From a virus (lineage: Duplodnaviria; Heunggongvirae; Uroviricota; Caudoviricetes), in the IMG/VR virus record IMGVR_UViG_648276671_000014: DNA of 24,740 bases; one strand, 5' to 3'. A program made the translations under genes and the position numbers. The stretch's first letter is position 1. Every line of letters starts with the position of its first letter. Shown in pieces: positions 1 to 9,426 of the stretch. The notes beneath the pieces were generated by a model. The model was not told where the DNA came from, made no database searches, and saw only the letters and a program-made list of their open reading frames with translations.

Positions 1-1056
1 TTATTGCGGGGTAATGCCAACCGCTGCCGCCACTTTGTCGCCATTTGGTAACGTTGCCAGTGGATTGAAACGGAGCGCCGTTTCCAAATGATCCGGTGCC
101 AGATGCGCATAACGCATAGTCATTTTTATATCGTGGTGTCCGAGAATTTTTTGTAAGGCCAAGATGTTTCCACCCGACATCATGAAGTGCGCCGCAAACG
201 TATGGCGCAGAACGTGTGTCAGTTGACCGCGAGGGAGAACGATAGACGTTTTTTCCATCACGGATAAAAATTGAAAATAGCAGTCTGTGAAGAAATTGAA
301 CCCATCGAGCGCCATGATCTCTTCATAAAGCTCTTTACTGATAGGGATGCTTCTGTTTTTCTTCCCCTTCGTTCTCACAAAGGTGATTCGGTACTTGGTG
401 ACCTGTGAGCGGGTAAGATTGATTGCTTCTCGCCAACGTGCGCCTGTACTTAGACATATTTTTACCACCAGTGCCAGAATTGGGTTCTGACGTTTGCAGT
501 CAGACAGTAATTCGATAATCTGCTCATGTGTAAGCCATGCCATTTCCTTTTCTGCGATAGTGAATTTGCGCATCTTCTCTAATGGGTTTGGAAGTGTCCA
601 TTCACCCAGGCGGGAAAGTTCTCTGAAAACGCTGCTTAGATGGCTTTGCTCCAGGTTAACAGTAACTGGGCTTGCTCCTTTCTTCCATTTTTCACTGAAG
701 TAGATTTCACCAGTAAGGCGTTTATCGCGATAGTGAGCAAACATTTTTGAGGTGAGATCAGTTGCAAGGGGATTTCCCAAGGCGTCAACCATCAACAGCA
801 GCTTGTTGTAGACATGCTGTCCGGCAGTAAGAGATTTGCCATGTAATTTGAACCATAGCTCAACCATATCTTTCAGTGTCCGACGATCCACTGATTCGCC
901 CAGCCAGGGCTTTGCTTCTATTTCCCCCATGGTGTATCGCTCGAAGGCCAGTGCTTCGCCTTTGGTGGCGAATTGTTTACGCACACGACGCCCATTACGT
1001 CCGGCGGGGTAACATTCGCAAAGCCATTTCCCTGTGGTGAGTTTTCGTACTGCCAT
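1..1056 (-). CDS. int: P2/186-family tyrosine integrase. The ORF track extends to 1212, but the likely start is Met53 (MAVRKLTTGKW...) at 1056.
   Basis: The C-terminus (...HVLRHTFAAHFMMSGGNILALQKILGHHDIKMTMRYAHL) carries the R-H-R-Y tyrosine recombinase signature. A GGAGGG SD lies 6 nt upstream of the ATG at 1056. The stop codon is at 1-3. Confidence 0.88.
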   Translation of the reverse strand: MAVRKLTTGKWLCECYPAGRNGRRVRKQFATKGEALAFERYTMGEIEAKPWLGESVDRRTLKDMVELWFKLHGKSLTAGQHVYNKLLLMVDALGNPLATDLTSKMFAHYRDKRLTGEIYFSEKWKKGASPVTVNLEQSHLSSVFRELSRLGEWTLPNPLEKMRKFTIAEKEMAWLTHEQIIELLSDCKRQNPILALVVKICLSTGARWREAINLTRSQVTKYRITFVRTKGKKNRSIPISKELYEEIMALDGFNFFTDCYFQFLSVMEKTSIVLPRGQLTHVLRHTFAAHFMMSGGNILALQKILGHHDIKMTMRYAHLAPDHLETALRFNPLATLPNGDKVAAAVGITPQ

Positions 1057-1244
1057 AAAAAATGCCCTCCAGTAGAGAGCATTTTCACTGTATGTATAAC
1101 CAGTGTCAATGTATGAAATCCTACGACCATACATCTCACTGAAGCCATAATTAAGTTGGCTATTCTTTTTGCTATGTGAGCATGTAATTTTTGCGGTTAA
1201 CCTGCGGCTCATTTTTATTTTAGGCGCAGATATAAAAGCAAAAG

Positions 1245-1436
1245 TTATCGTGAGTTTTTAGTACAGATTTTTTTGGATTTACTAATAGTTCCATCATTGC
1301 AAACGAATTTGCCATCTGAGGTACAGTGAGAAACACCTCCCTTTTTCCCTGAACAGGGATAATTTCTAGCATGGGTAGTTAGTGGGTTTAATAATAAAGA
1401 ACATGACAAAACCACAAAAAATACCTTACCAAGCAT
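1245..1436 (-). CDS. Small secreted Cys-rich protein (63 aa). Predicted signal peptide followed by a ~40-aa mature peptide with 4 Cys. Candidate moron co-transcribed with cI and int.
   Basis: A strong SD (GGGAGGA, 5 nt spacing) lies upstream of the ATG at 1436. The hydrophobic N-terminus [23 protein letters not shown] is signal-like. The region 1213-1450 is AT-rich and sits between cI and int. Confidence 0.5.
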   Translation of the reverse strand: MLGKVFFVVLSCSLLLNPLTTHARNYPCSGKKGGVSHCTSDGKFVCNDGTISKSKKICTKNSR

Positions 1437-1451
1437 AGTTTCCTCCCGGTA

Positions 1452-2021
1452 CTATTTAACATACTTGACTGTTAAACTTATAATTTTACCAATTATTTCA
1501 ATGTCTTCTATCTTGCATTCGAAGGCTCTGTTTCCACCCTCGACGAAGATTCTTCCACCGGGTAAACGAGTAATGTCACGGATCGTTATTTCGCCATCAA
1601 TACTTATTACCCATTTACCATCACGTATATCATCAAATTCCTTATCACAAATAAATTCAAAATTATTATCTGTGATTACAAAAAGATTCTTGAATGCCGA
1701 CGGTAGAAATTCCCTATCGAAAATATAAAAACCGTCTTCACACAAGGCCCCATCAGATAATACATATTTAGCAACTTCCATAGTATTTGTATTACCTGAA
1801 GTTTGCTTTGAACCATGCCCGGTTGTGAGCCAATTAAGCGAGGTGCCCGTTTCAAGGGCGCACTGGATTACCCATTCTGCGGGGAATGAGTCACGCATGT
1901 AGCGTGTGGCGAGTGTACTTTTAGAGATTCCTAAATGATCGCACAACGCCTGTCGAGTCTTGAATCCATAAGCTTCTACCATGCGCTCTATAGCGCCTCG
2001 TCCGCCTTTCTCCAAATTCAT
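1452..2021 (-). CDS. cI: 186-type CI immunity repressor (189 aa). The ATG at 2021 is preferred over the GTG at 2027.
   Basis: The N-terminal HTH (EAYGFKTRQALCDHLGISKSTLATRYMR) resembles phage 186 CI. The length is ~190 aa. It lies divergent from apl/cII, with a promoter/operator region between them. GGAG sits 6 nt before the ATG at 2021. Confidence 0.8.
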   Translation of the reverse strand: MNLEKGGRGAIERMVEAYGFKTRQALCDHLGISKSTLATRYMRDSFPAEWVIQCALETGTSLNWLTTGHGSKQTSGNTNTMEVAKYVLSDGALCEDGFYIFDREFLPSAFKNLFVITDNNFEFICDKEFDDIRDGKWVISIDGEITIRDITRLPGGRIFVEGGNRAFECKIEDIEIIGKIISLTVKYVK

Positions 2022-2045
2022 GGTCACTCCAAGTGAACTTTTGTC

Positions 2046-2074
2046 TTGACGATTTCACCGTGCGATCGTATGTT
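2046..2074 (+). promoter_or_regulatory. Candidate rightward lytic promoter pR. TTGACG (2046-2051), 17-nt spacer, TATGTT (2069-2074). Followed by nested inverted repeats (GTTTGTGGTGTTCACAAAATACAAAC) that are candidate CI operators.
   Basis: Near-consensus sigma70 hexamers with a 17-bp spacer, read directly from the sequence. Located between divergent cI and apl as in phage 186. Confidence 0.5.
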
Positions 2075-2146
2075 TGTGGTGTTCACAAAATACAAACGAT
2101 CCGTATTCGTCCTGATTAATCATCATTAAACGAGGAATGTTGCATC

Positions 2147-2368
2147 ATGAGACCTAACATTTCAATCACTCTTACCACGCCTCATGTGACTATTGAACGC
2201 TATAGCGAGCTGACAGGGCTGTCCATCGATACTATCAATGACATGTTGGCTGATGGACGCCTTATCCGTCACCGTTTGCGCAAAGATAAAAAACGCGAAA
2301 AAGTGATGATCAACATAGCAGCCATGACCGTTGATGCGCTTTCAGAATGCAATCTAAACCTTAATTAG
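2147..2368 (+). CDS. apl: Apl/Cox-like excisionase and transcriptional repressor (73 aa).
   Basis: A small basic HTH protein encoded first in the rightward operon, directly opposite cI as in 186 (apl) and P2 (cox). Confidence 0.65.
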   Translation: MRPNISITLTTPHVTIERYSELTGLSIDTINDMLADGRLIRHRLRKDKKREKVMINIAAMTVDALSECNLNLN

Positions 2369-2400
2369 TTCGATTCTGAAATACATCAGAGGCATTGACC

Positions 2401-2910
2401 ATGTTTGATTACCAAGTTTCCAAACATCCACATTTTGATGAAGCCTGTCGTGCATTCGCATTGCGCCACAACTTGGTGCAACTGGCAGAACGTGCAGGCA
2501 TGAATGTGCAGATTCTGCGGAACAAGCTGAACCCAGCGCAACCTCATTTATTAACCGCACCAGATATCTGGCTGCTTACTGATCTGACAGAAGACTCAAC
2601 ACTGGTAGATGGTTTTCTGGCACAGATTCATTGTCTGCCATGTGTACCGATTAATGAGGTGGCAAAAGAGAAACTGCCGCATTACGTCATGAGTGCAACC
2701 GCAGAGATCGGGCGTGTTGCTGCAGGTGCGGTATCTGGCGATGTAAAAACCAGTGCAGGTCGTCGTGATGCTATCAGCAGCATTAACTCTGTAACACGAC
2801 TGATGGCGTTGGCTGCTGTTTCATTGCAGGCCCGTTTACAGGCTAACCCTGCGATGGCGAGTGCAGTTGATACCGTGACTGGCCTAGGTGCTTCATTCGG
2901 TTTGCTGTGA
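2401..2910 (+). CDS. cII: 186-type CII lysogeny-establishment activator (169 aa from the ATG at 2401; the ORF track starts at a TTG at 2395).
   Basis: Length and position (directly after apl) match 186 CII (169 aa). The N-terminal region is HTH-like. Confidence 0.7.
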   Translation: MFDYQVSKHPHFDEACRAFALRHNLVQLAERAGMNVQILRNKLNPAQPHLLTAPDIWLLTDLTEDSTLVDGFLAQIHCLPCVPINEVAKEKLPHYVMSATAEIGRVAAGAVSGDVKTSAGRRDAISSINSVTRLMALAAVSLQARLQANPAMASAVDTVTGLGASFGLL

Positions 2911-2917
2911 GGTGCTT

Positions 2918-3214
2918 ATGCTGACGAAAGAACCATCATTTGCATCGCTGCTGGTAAAGCAAAGCCCGGCAATGCACTACGGTCACGGCTGGATCATGGG
3001 TGAGGATGGAAAACGCTGGCATCCATGTCATTCACAAGATGAATTGCTGTCTGAATTGACCACGAGGAAACGGAGAAAGTCAAAATGTATGCAGCGGAAA
3101 GTGAAGTGGTTTATCAGTTTTGTTACAGAGGGGAGAGTTATTCAGTACCTGAAGATGATTTGCTCTGTTGCTATCCGTCGTTGTCGGGCGATGGCAGTTA
3201 CTTTTTCACGCTAA
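2918..3214 (+). CDS. Fil-like small protein (motif QSPAMHYGHGWIMGEDGKRWHPC). The true 3' end is uncertain because the C-terminal tail overlaps the next ORF in another frame.
   Basis: ATG at 2918. The HGHGW/KRWHPC motif is recalled from 186/P2-like Fil proteins (from memory, unverified). The last ~40 codons look non-protein-like. Confidence 0.4.
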   Translation: MLTKEPSFASLLVKQSPAMHYGHGWIMGEDGKRWHPCHSQDELLSELTTRKRRKSKCMQRKVKWFISFVTEGRVIQYLKMICSVAIRRCRAMAVTFSR

Positions 3215-3309
3215 AGGATGGGACGTTTTTACGGGGAGAGCAGGTTAAAGAGACGGTACGAAAAAATGTATCTCCCCTTGAGCGTTACCGTAAGAACAAA
3301 GAACGATAG
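3085..3309 (+). CDS. Hypothetical early protein (74 aa).
   Basis: A GGAGAAAG SD lies 7 nt upstream of the ATG. The composition is protein-like. It overlaps the tail of the previous ORF. Confidence 0.5.
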   Translation: MYAAESEVVYQFCYRGESYSVPEDDLLCCYPSLSGDGSYFFTLKDGTFLRGEQVKETVRKNVSPLERYRKNKER

Positions 3310-3331
3310 GTGCGTTTGGGGGATATGAAGT

Positions 3332-3673
3332 ATGGCAATTAATGGCGCTGCGGCGACTGTTCCATTAAGCCCCGGTGAACGCCTGAATGGACTTAATCAC
3401 ATTGCGGAATTAAGGGCGAAAGTATTTGGCCTGAATATTGAGTCAGAGCTTGAGCGGTTTATTAAAGATATGCGTGATCCACGGGATATCAATAACGAAC
3501 AAAATAAACGGGCACTGGCTGCTATATTCTTTATGGCAAAAATTCCAGCTGAACGTCATAGCATCAGCATTAATGAGCTGACCACTGACGAAAAGCGGGA
3601 GTTGATTAAAGCAATGAATCATTTTCGTGCAGTGGTGAGCTTATTTCCCAGACGGCTAACCATGCCGAATTAA
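3332..3673 (+). CDS. Hypothetical P2-like early-region protein (113 aa).
   Basis: ORF with an upstream GGGGGA. Conserved position in the early operon of P2-like prophages. Confidence 0.6.
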   Translation: MAINGAAATVPLSPGERLNGLNHIAELRAKVFGLNIESELERFIKDMRDPRDINNEQNKRALAAIFFMAKIPAERHSISINELTTDEKRELIKAMNHFRAVVSLFPRRLTMPN

Positions 3674-3740
3674 CCAACTAATGAAATTAATGGCGTAAAC
3701 CCGCCGGGTATCCCTTTATCTAAATTCAGGAGAATTGATT

Positions 3741-3974
3741 ATGCGTAATATTGAAACTCTCACGACTAAAACCGGACCGGATGATGCAGGGCTTAATATT
3801 TTACTGACAGAGGCTCGTCTGGAAGAACGCCGGGCAAGGGCTGAAGCAATGGCAGCTCGCCTTGATAGCCTGGCGTGTCATATCACATCCCGCCAGCTAA
3901 ACCACGTCGAAGCAGCAGAACTACTGCGTGTAACTGCTGAAGCAATCCAGAACGAAGCGCAGGAGATCCACTAA
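3741..3974 (+). CDS. Hypothetical early protein (77 aa, DUF2732-like). The ATG at 3741 is preferred over the TTG at 3735.
   Basis: AGGAG SD upstream. Coiled-coil-like, Ala/Arg-rich. Confidence 0.6.
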   Translation: MRNIETLTTKTGPDDAGLNILLTEARLEERRARAEAMAARLDSLACHITSRQLNHVEAAELLRVTAEAIQNEAQEIH

Positions 3975-4201
3975 TGGCTGATGCAATGGATCTCGTACAG
4001 CAGCGAGTTGAAGAAGAACGCCAACGTCATATCCGTGCTGCCCGTGCCAAAACACCGGGCGTGTCCCGCGTGCTTTGCGTTGAGTGTGAAGCGCCAATTC
4101 CGCCAGCACGCCGTCGTGCCATTCCGGGTGTGCAGCTTTGCATTACCTGTCAGGAAATCGCAGAGCTGAAAGGCAAACATTACAACGGAGGTGCTGTATG
4201 A
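3974..4201 (+). CDS. TraR/DksA-family C4 zinc-finger protein (P2 Orf82-like, 75 aa).
   Basis: CVECEAPIP...CITCQ is a CxxC-N17-CxxC motif typical of TraR/DksA. TAATG overlap with the upstream gene. AGGAG SD. Confidence 0.75.
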   Translation: MADAMDLVQQRVEEERQRHIRAARAKTPGVSRVLCVECEAPIPPARRRAIPGVQLCITCQEIAELKGKHYNGGAV

Positions 4202-5055
4202 GCACCATCCTGAAATGGGCGGGAAATAAAACCGCCATTATGTCCGAACTGAAAAAACACCTTCCTGCTGGCCCGCGACTGGTTGAACCTTTCGCGGGTT
4301 CCTGTGCTGTGATGATGGCGACGGATTACCCCAGCTATCTGGTTGCTGATATTAATCCTGATTTAATCAACCTCTATAAAAAGATTGCCGCTGATTGCGA
4401 AGCGTTTATATCTCGTGCCAGAGCTTTATTTGAGGAAGCAAACAGGGAGGTGGCTTATTACAACATAAGGCAGGAGTTTAACTGCTCAACTGAAATTACT
4501 GACTTCATGAAAGCAGTATATTTCCTGTATCTCAATCGTCACGGTTACCGTGGGTTATGTCGCTATAACAAGAGCGGGCATTTCAACATTCCCTACGGTA
4601 ATTATAAAAATCCGTATTTCCCTGAAAAAGAAATTCGCGCATTTGCAGAGAAAGCCCAGCGAGCAACGTTTATCTGCGCCAGCTTTGATGAAACGCTGGC
4701 GATGCTGCAGGTGGGGGATGTGGTGTATTGCGATCCGCCTTATGACGGTACGTTTTCCGGCTATCACACTGACGGCTTCACTGAAGATGACCAGTATCAC
4801 CTGGCATCTGTTCTTGAATATCGATCATCAGAAGGTCATCCAGTCATTGTTTCTAACAGTGACACATCCCTGATCCGTTCGCTGTATCGAAATTTCACTC
4901 ACCACTACATCAAGGCAAAACGCAGCATCGGCGTGTCGGCTGGCGAGAGTAAATCTGCAACAGAAATCATTGCTGTTTCCGGGGCGCGCTGCTGGGTGGG
5001 ATTTGATCCTTCGTGTGGCGTGGATAGTTCTGCTGTGTACGAGGTGCGTATATGA
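4198..5055 (+). CDS. dam: DNA adenine methyltransferase (Dam/D12-class N6A MTase, 285 aa from [11 protein letters not shown]).
   Basis: Motif I (KWAGNK...EPFAGS) and motif IV (DPPY) of Dam-family MTases. GGAGG SD. The stop codon overlaps the A start. Confidence 0.85.
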   Translation: MSTILKWAGNKTAIMSELKKHLPAGPRLVEPFAGSCAVMMATDYPSYLVADINPDLINLYKKIAADCEAFISRARALFEEANREVAYYNIRQEFNCSTEITDFMKAVYFLYLNRHGYRGLCRYNKSGHFNIPYGNYKNPYFPEKEIRAFAEKAQRATFICASFDETLAMLQVGDVVYCDPPYDGTFSGYHTDGFTEDDQYHLASVLEYRSSEGHPVIVSNSDTSLIRSLYRNFTHHYIKAKRSIGVSAGESKSATEIIAVSGARCWVGFDPSCGVDSSAVYEVRI

Positions 5056-7466
5056 GTCATGACGATATGAGCAACTCTAGCGGCTTTAACGAGGCCGCTG
5101 CAGCATTTTCATGGAACGGCCCGAAAAAGGCCATTAACCCTTATCTGGACCCGGCGGAAGTTGCGCCGGAGTCTGCACTTTCAAACCTGATCACTCTGTA
5201 CGCTGCCGATAATGAGCAGGAACAGCTGCGCCGCGATGCACTGAGTGAGCAGGTCTGGGAGCGTTATTTCTTTAATGAATCTCGTGATCCTGTCCAGCGC
5301 GAAATGGAGCAGGATAAGCTCATTAGCCGGGCAAAGCTGGCGCATGAACAGCAGCGTTTTAACCCGGACATGGTCATTCTGGCGGACGTCAGCGCCCAGC
5401 CCACCCATATTAGCAAGCCGCTGATGCAACGTATCGAATACTTCAGCAGCCTGGGCAGGCCAAAGGCTTATTCCCGCTATTTGCGTGAGACGATTAAGCC
5501 ATGTCTGGAGCGACTGGATTGTGTACGTGACAGTCAGCTGTCTGCTTCTTTCCGTTTTATGGCAAGCCATCAAGGGCTGGAGGGCCTGCTGATCCTGCCT
5601 GAAATGAGTCAGGATCAGGTGAAACGCCTGTCCACCCTGGTAGCTGCGCATATGAGCATGTGCCTTGATGCAGCTTGTGGCGATTTGTATGCCACCGATG
5701 ACGTTAAGCCAGAAGAAATCCGCAAGACATGGGAAAAGGTGGCGGCGGAAACCCTGCGTCTGGATGTCATCCCACCTGCGTTTGAGCAACTCCGTCGGAA
5801 AAGAAACCGCCGTAAACCCGTGCCCTATGAACTCATTCCGGGTTCGCTGGCGCGTATGTTGTGCGCCGACTGGTGGTATCGGAAATTATGGAAGATGCGT
5901 TGCGAATGGCGGGAAGAGCAGTTGCGTGCTGTCTGCCTGGTCAGCAAAAAAGCATCTCCCTATGTCAGCTATGAAGCCGTGATGCATAAACGTGAGCAGC
6001 GCCGTAAGTCGCTGGAGTTTTTCCGTTCTCATGAACTGGTGAACGAAGACGGCGACACGCTGGACATGGAGGATGTGGTAAACGCCAGCAGCAGCAACCC
6101 TGCGCATCGCCGCAATGAGATGATGGCCTGTGTTAAAGGTCTGGAGCTTATCGCGGAAATGCGCGGTGACTGCGCCGTTTTCTACACTATCACCTGTCCG
6201 TCACGTTTCCATTCCACGCTCAACAACGGCAGACCCAACCCAACCTGGACAAATGCGACGGTAAGACAAAGCAGCGATTATCTGGTCGGCATGTTTGCTG
6301 CATTTCGTAAGGCAATGCACAAAACCGGGTTGCGCTGGTATGGCGTACGGGTGGCTGAGCCGCACCATGACGGTACTGTGCACTGGCATCTCATGTGCTT
6401 CATGCGTAAAAAAGACCGCCGCGCCATCACTGCATTACTGCGTAAGTTTGCCATCCGTGTAGACCGCGAGGAGCTGGGCAACAATACGGGGCCACGCTTT
6501 AAGTCTGAGCTGATTAACCCGCGCAAAGGAACACCGACAAGCTACATCGCGAAATACATCAGTAAGAACATTGACGGGCGTGGTCTGGCTGGCGAGATCA
6601 GCAAGGAAACGGGTAAATCCCTGCGTGATAACGCCGAATACGTCAATGCCTGGGCGTCTCTGCATCGTGTTCAGCAGTTCCGCTTCTTTGGTATTCCGGG
6701 ACGTCAGGCTTACCGTGAACTTCGCTTGCTGGCTGGTCAGGCGGCAAGGCAACAGGGTGACAAAAAAGCAGGTGCGCCGATACTGGATGACCCGCGCCTT
6801 GATGCCATCCTGGCTGCTGCTGATGCTGGTTGTTTTGCCACCTACATCATGAAGCAGGGCGGCGTACTGGTTCCCCGTAAATATCACCTTATCAGAACCG
6901 CTTATGAAATCAACGAAGAGCCGACCGCCTATGGCGATCACGGCATTCGTATTTATGGCATCTGGTCACCCATTGCAGAGGGCAAGATCTGCACTCATGC
7001 AGTGAAGTGGAAAATGGTTCGTAAGGCCGTTGACGTTCAGGAGGCGGTAGCCGACCAGGGCGCTTGCGCCCCTTGGACTCGTGGCAATAACTGTCCCCTT
7101 GCTGAAAATTTGAACCAACAAGGGAAAGACAAATCAGCTGATGGGGATACCAGGACGGACATTACCCGCATGGATGACAAGGAGTTGCACGATTACCTGC
7201 ACAGTATGAGCAAAAAAGAGCGCCGGGAACTGGCTGCAAGGTTACGCCTGGTGAAACCGAAACGGCGTAAAGACTACAAACAGCGAATTACAGACCATCA
7301 GCGACAGCGGCTCGTCTATGAACTGAAGTCCAGAGGATTTGATGGCAGCGAGAAAGAGGTCGATTTACTCCTTCGCGGCGGCAGTATTCCGTCAGGAGCA
7401 GGCCTGCGTATCTTCTATCGGAACCAGCGTTTGCAGGAAGATGATAAGTGGCGAAACCTGTATTAA
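5052..7466 (+). CDS. A: Replication initiation protein A (rolling-circle nicking endonuclease, 804 aa).
   Basis: Size and position match P2/186 gpA. The [11 protein letters not shown]-type motif and catalytic Tyr-containing region are present. Confidence 0.9.
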   Translation: MSHDDMSNSSGFNEAAAAFSWNGPKKAINPYLDPAEVAPESALSNLITLYAADNEQEQLRRDALSEQVWERYFFNESRDPVQREMEQDKLISRAKLAHEQQRFNPDMVILADVSAQPTHISKPLMQRIEYFSSLGRPKAYSRYLRETIKPCLERLDCVRDSQLSASFRFMASHQGLEGLLILPEMSQDQVKRLSTLVAAHMSMCLDAACGDLYATDDVKPEEIRKTWEKVAAETLRLDVIPPAFEQLRRKRNRRKPVPYELIPGSLARMLCADWWYRKLWKMRCEWREEQLRAVCLVSKKASPYVSYEAVMHKREQRRKSLEFFRSHELVNEDGDTLDMEDVVNASSSNPAHRRNEMMACVKGLELIAEMRGDCAVFYTITCPSRFHSTLNNGRPNPTWTNATVRQSSDYLVGMFAAFRKAMHKTGLRWYGVRVAEPHHDGTVHWHLMCFMRKKDRRAITALLRKFAIRVDREELGNNTGPRFKSELINPRKGTPTSYIAKYISKNIDGRGLAGEISKETGKSLRDNAEYVNAWASLHRVQQFRFFGIPGRQAYRELRLLAGQAARQQGDKKAGAPILDDPRLDAILAAADAGCFATYIMKQGGVLVPRKYHLIRTAYEINEEPTAYGDHGIRIYGIWSPIAEGKICTHAVKWKMVRKAVDVQEAVADQGACAPWTRGNNCPLAENLNQQGKDKSADGDTRTDITRMDDKELHDYLHSMSKKERRELAARLRLVKPKRRKDYKQRITDHQRQRLVYELKSRGFDGSEKEVDLLLRGGSIPSGAGLRIFYRNQRLQEDDKWRNLY

Positions 7467-7558
7467 TTACGCGGGTTAACAATTCGTGCTCTTAATAATA
7501 CCAGGCATATCAGGCTGATGAACGTAAAAAAACGTTTTACATCAGTAAGATTATTATA

Positions 7559-7578
7559 TACTGTAAATATAAACAGTG
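7559..7578 (+). promoter_or_regulatory. LexA (SOS) box TACTGTAAATATAAACAGTG. It overlaps a candidate promoter (TTTACA 7536-7541, -10 around 7557-7564).
   Basis: Perfect CTGT-N8-ACAG with an AT-rich centre, read directly. Positioned like the LexA-controlled p95/tum promoter of phage 186. Confidence 0.65.
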
Positions 7579-7619
7579 GTTATACATACAGTATCGCTTG
7601 TGGTGTCATAGGAGGAAAG

Positions 7620-7808
7620 ATGCAGGACTATTTTTTGGAGTCTTTGAAGCTCCAGCGCATTGATTTTTTTCTTAAGCTTGTAGCGGCTAGTGAGTGTAGT
7701 GATGAAGAGAAGGGGCTGGCTTTGCAGTGGGTTTCTGAACTGACAGATGAACTCATGGCAAAAATCAGAACCCACGAATACAACCGCTCAATGGATGTCA
7801 TCAGCTGA
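7620..7808 (+). CDS. Small protein (62 aa) downstream of the LexA box. Possible N-terminal Tum-like antirepressor part.
   Basis: GGAGGA SD 5 nt before the ATG at 7620. First gene after the SOS box. Confidence 0.5.
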   Translation: MQDYFLESLKLQRIDFFLKLVAASECSDEEKGLALQWVSELTDELMAKIRTHEYNRSMDVIS

Positions 7809-7818
7809 GGTGACTTTT

Positions 7819-8052
7819 ATGCGCATTGAAATAATGATCGATAAAGAGCAGAAGATTAGCCAGTCTACCCTGGACGCCCTTGAATCCGAGCTTTACCGCA
7901 ATCTGCGCCCCCTATATCCAAAAACGGTAATTCGCATCCGCAAAGGTAGCTCTAACGGTGTGGAACTGACTGGACTGCAACTGGACGAAGAAAGGAAGCA
8001 AGTGATGAAAATTATGCAGAAGGTGTGGGAAGACGACAGCTGGCTGCATTAA
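7819..8052 (+). CDS. DinI-family protein (77 aa).
   Basis: Clear similarity to E. coli DinI recalled from memory (MRIE..DAL..EL...W..D.W). GAGGTG SD. Preferred over the 101-aa track ORF from 7747. Confidence 0.7.
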   Translation: MRIEIMIDKEQKISQSTLDALESELYRNLRPLYPKTVIRIRKGSSNGVELTGLQLDEERKQVMKIMQKVWEDDSWLH

Positions 8053-8322
8053 GAAACGTTGCTGGCGTCTGAACTTGCTTCTGGCGTCAGCAAGGTTGAA
8101 CAACGAGCTATGCGAGGCGTTAGTGTCAATTTGTTACCTTAACCACTATATATGCCAGGAAATTAACAGTTCTTAAGAAACCGCTTGCATGATCGAGCGC
8201 ATTGAACTTAAGTTTAAGTAACGAAATCAACAGATGATATTGTTGTCTAAATTTTAAAGATAATCTGTTGAGGTTGTAGGCGTCGGAGTGTAGACTTCCG
8301 CGCCATGTGAAAAGGGGGAGTT

Positions 8323-8538
8323 ATGTCAAGCATCGCCGCATTTAGCCTGGGTAACCCAGTTGAACGTCTGGCAAGGGTTCTTAAAGAGAACCAGGACAAA
8401 CTCAATCTTAGTAAAGATGGTTTTGTGTCCGTAGACTTGTCTAACAAAAGAGCAATGGATGCCATCAAGGCACAGATGGATAAGCTTGAAGGCATCAAAA
8501 CGAGCACTGTAAAAGAGAAAACTAATAGAACCAGATAA
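8323..8538 (+). CDS. Hypothetical small soluble protein (71 aa). First gene of a cargo operon.
   Basis: GGGGGAG SD 4 nt before the ATG. Its stop is coupled to the next start (TAATG). Confidence 0.55.
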   Translation: MSSIAAFSLGNPVERLARVLKENQDKLNLSKDGFVSVDLSNKRAMDAIKAQMDKLEGIKTSTVKEKTNRTR

Positions 8539-8738
8539 TGGCAACATTACTTTTAGCAGTGATTTTGGTTAGTGGTTTTATTTATGTAAACCTATCACTT
8601 TCAACAAGATACCGATATAAGCGTTCCAACGGCTGGGACGCTTATTTTTTGTGGCTGCCTGGGGTATCGTTTTTTTCTCCTTGGCGGTTTTTTCACCTTT
8701 ATTTTGAACGTCAGCGGAGGGTTTCGTTGGCTGGCTAA
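8538..8738 (+). CDS. Small membrane protein (66 aa, N-terminal TM helix). Possibly the N-terminal part of a larger frameshifted gene.
   Basis: Translational coupling (TAATG) with the upstream gene. Hydrophobic N-terminus LLLAVILVSGFIYV. Confidence 0.45.
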   Translation: MATLLLAVILVSGFIYVNLSLSTRYRYKRSNGWDAYFLWLPGVSFFSPWRFFHLYFERQRRVSLAG

Positions 8739-8772
8739 TGCCTTGAATCTAACACCTGACAGTTTTAATGGC

Positions 8773-9378
8773 ATGTTGTCTTCATCGAAAGACAAACTTC
8801 AAAGAATAAATGAAATCAAACAGATAGCATGGGTTATGATTTCAATTGTTCTCGCTGCGATTTCAGGTTTTGGAAATAAGTTACGCACATCACGTGGAGA
8901 TCGTCGCTGGGATGCCTTAGCTAAAGCTGTGGGTAATAACGCTTTCGAATCATTACTCATGGAAGCGTCCGCAAGACAGTTTCCGATCATAGCAACTCTG
9001 TCGTCTCGCAAAATCTATGTTGGTCTTGTTACTTGTCCGGCGTTAGAAAACGGGCTTTCAGAACACCTTGAACTTCTCCCGATGTTAAGCGGATATCGGG
9101 ATAAAGATGATCTAACGATTAGTATCACGACTAACTATCACCAACATTATCTTGATAGTGGTGTGATAAGTGGAATGTCTCGGCTTAATATCGAAGATTT
9201 CCGTGTGCTCATACCAAAAGATGAGGTTGAAACAATTTCGTTTTTTGATACTGAGACATATAACAAATTTAAAGAAAATGAAGCCAGGGATAGAAAGAAC
9301 TGTCGAAAGATTGGTAGTAAAAGTGCATCTTCGCGCAGCAAGCGTGCAGCAGATGCTGAGTCAAATGATCGTGCATGA
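8773..9378 (+). CDS. Hypothetical membrane-anchored protein (202 aa from the first ATG). The reading frame is open from 8590 with no SD, so it may be fused to the previous ORF by a +1 shift in T-runs.
   Basis: Long open frame with a TM segment (IAWVMISIVLAAISGF). Followed by a rho-independent terminator. AT-rich cargo. Confidence 0.45.
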   Translation: MLSSSKDKLQRINEIKQIAWVMISIVLAAISGFGNKLRTSRGDRRWDALAKAVGNNAFESLLMEASARQFPIIATLSSRKIYVGLVTCPALENGLSEHLELLPMLSGYRDKDDLTISITTNYHQHYLDSGVISGMSRLNIEDFRVLIPKDEVETISFFDTETYNKFKENEARDRKNCRKIGSKSASSRSKRAADAESNDRA

Positions 9379-9426
9379 CTATGCTGCATGAGATCGCATG
9401 ATCGTTTGAGGATCGTTTTTGCTAAG

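Noticed and set aside
1057-1212. N-terminal 52-codon extension of the integrase ORF (the track ORF starts at 1212).
   Set aside because: The conserved P2-type Int N-terminus starts at MAVRKLTTGKW (1056) with a GGAGGG SD. The extension is just open frame running through the AT-rich spacer.
5181-7482. Several 60-200-aa ORFs on the minus strand and in alternate frames inside gene A (e.g. 5181-5789, 6435-6941, 5665-5982).
   Set aside because: Fully nested antisense or out-of-frame to a well-supported 804-aa replication gene. GC-rich shadow ORFs with no RBS.
7747-7818. Upstream extension of the DinI-like ORF to 101 aa.
   Set aside because: The DinI family begins at MRIE, and a GAGGTG SD precedes the ATG at 7819. 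The extension overlaps the preceding ORF.
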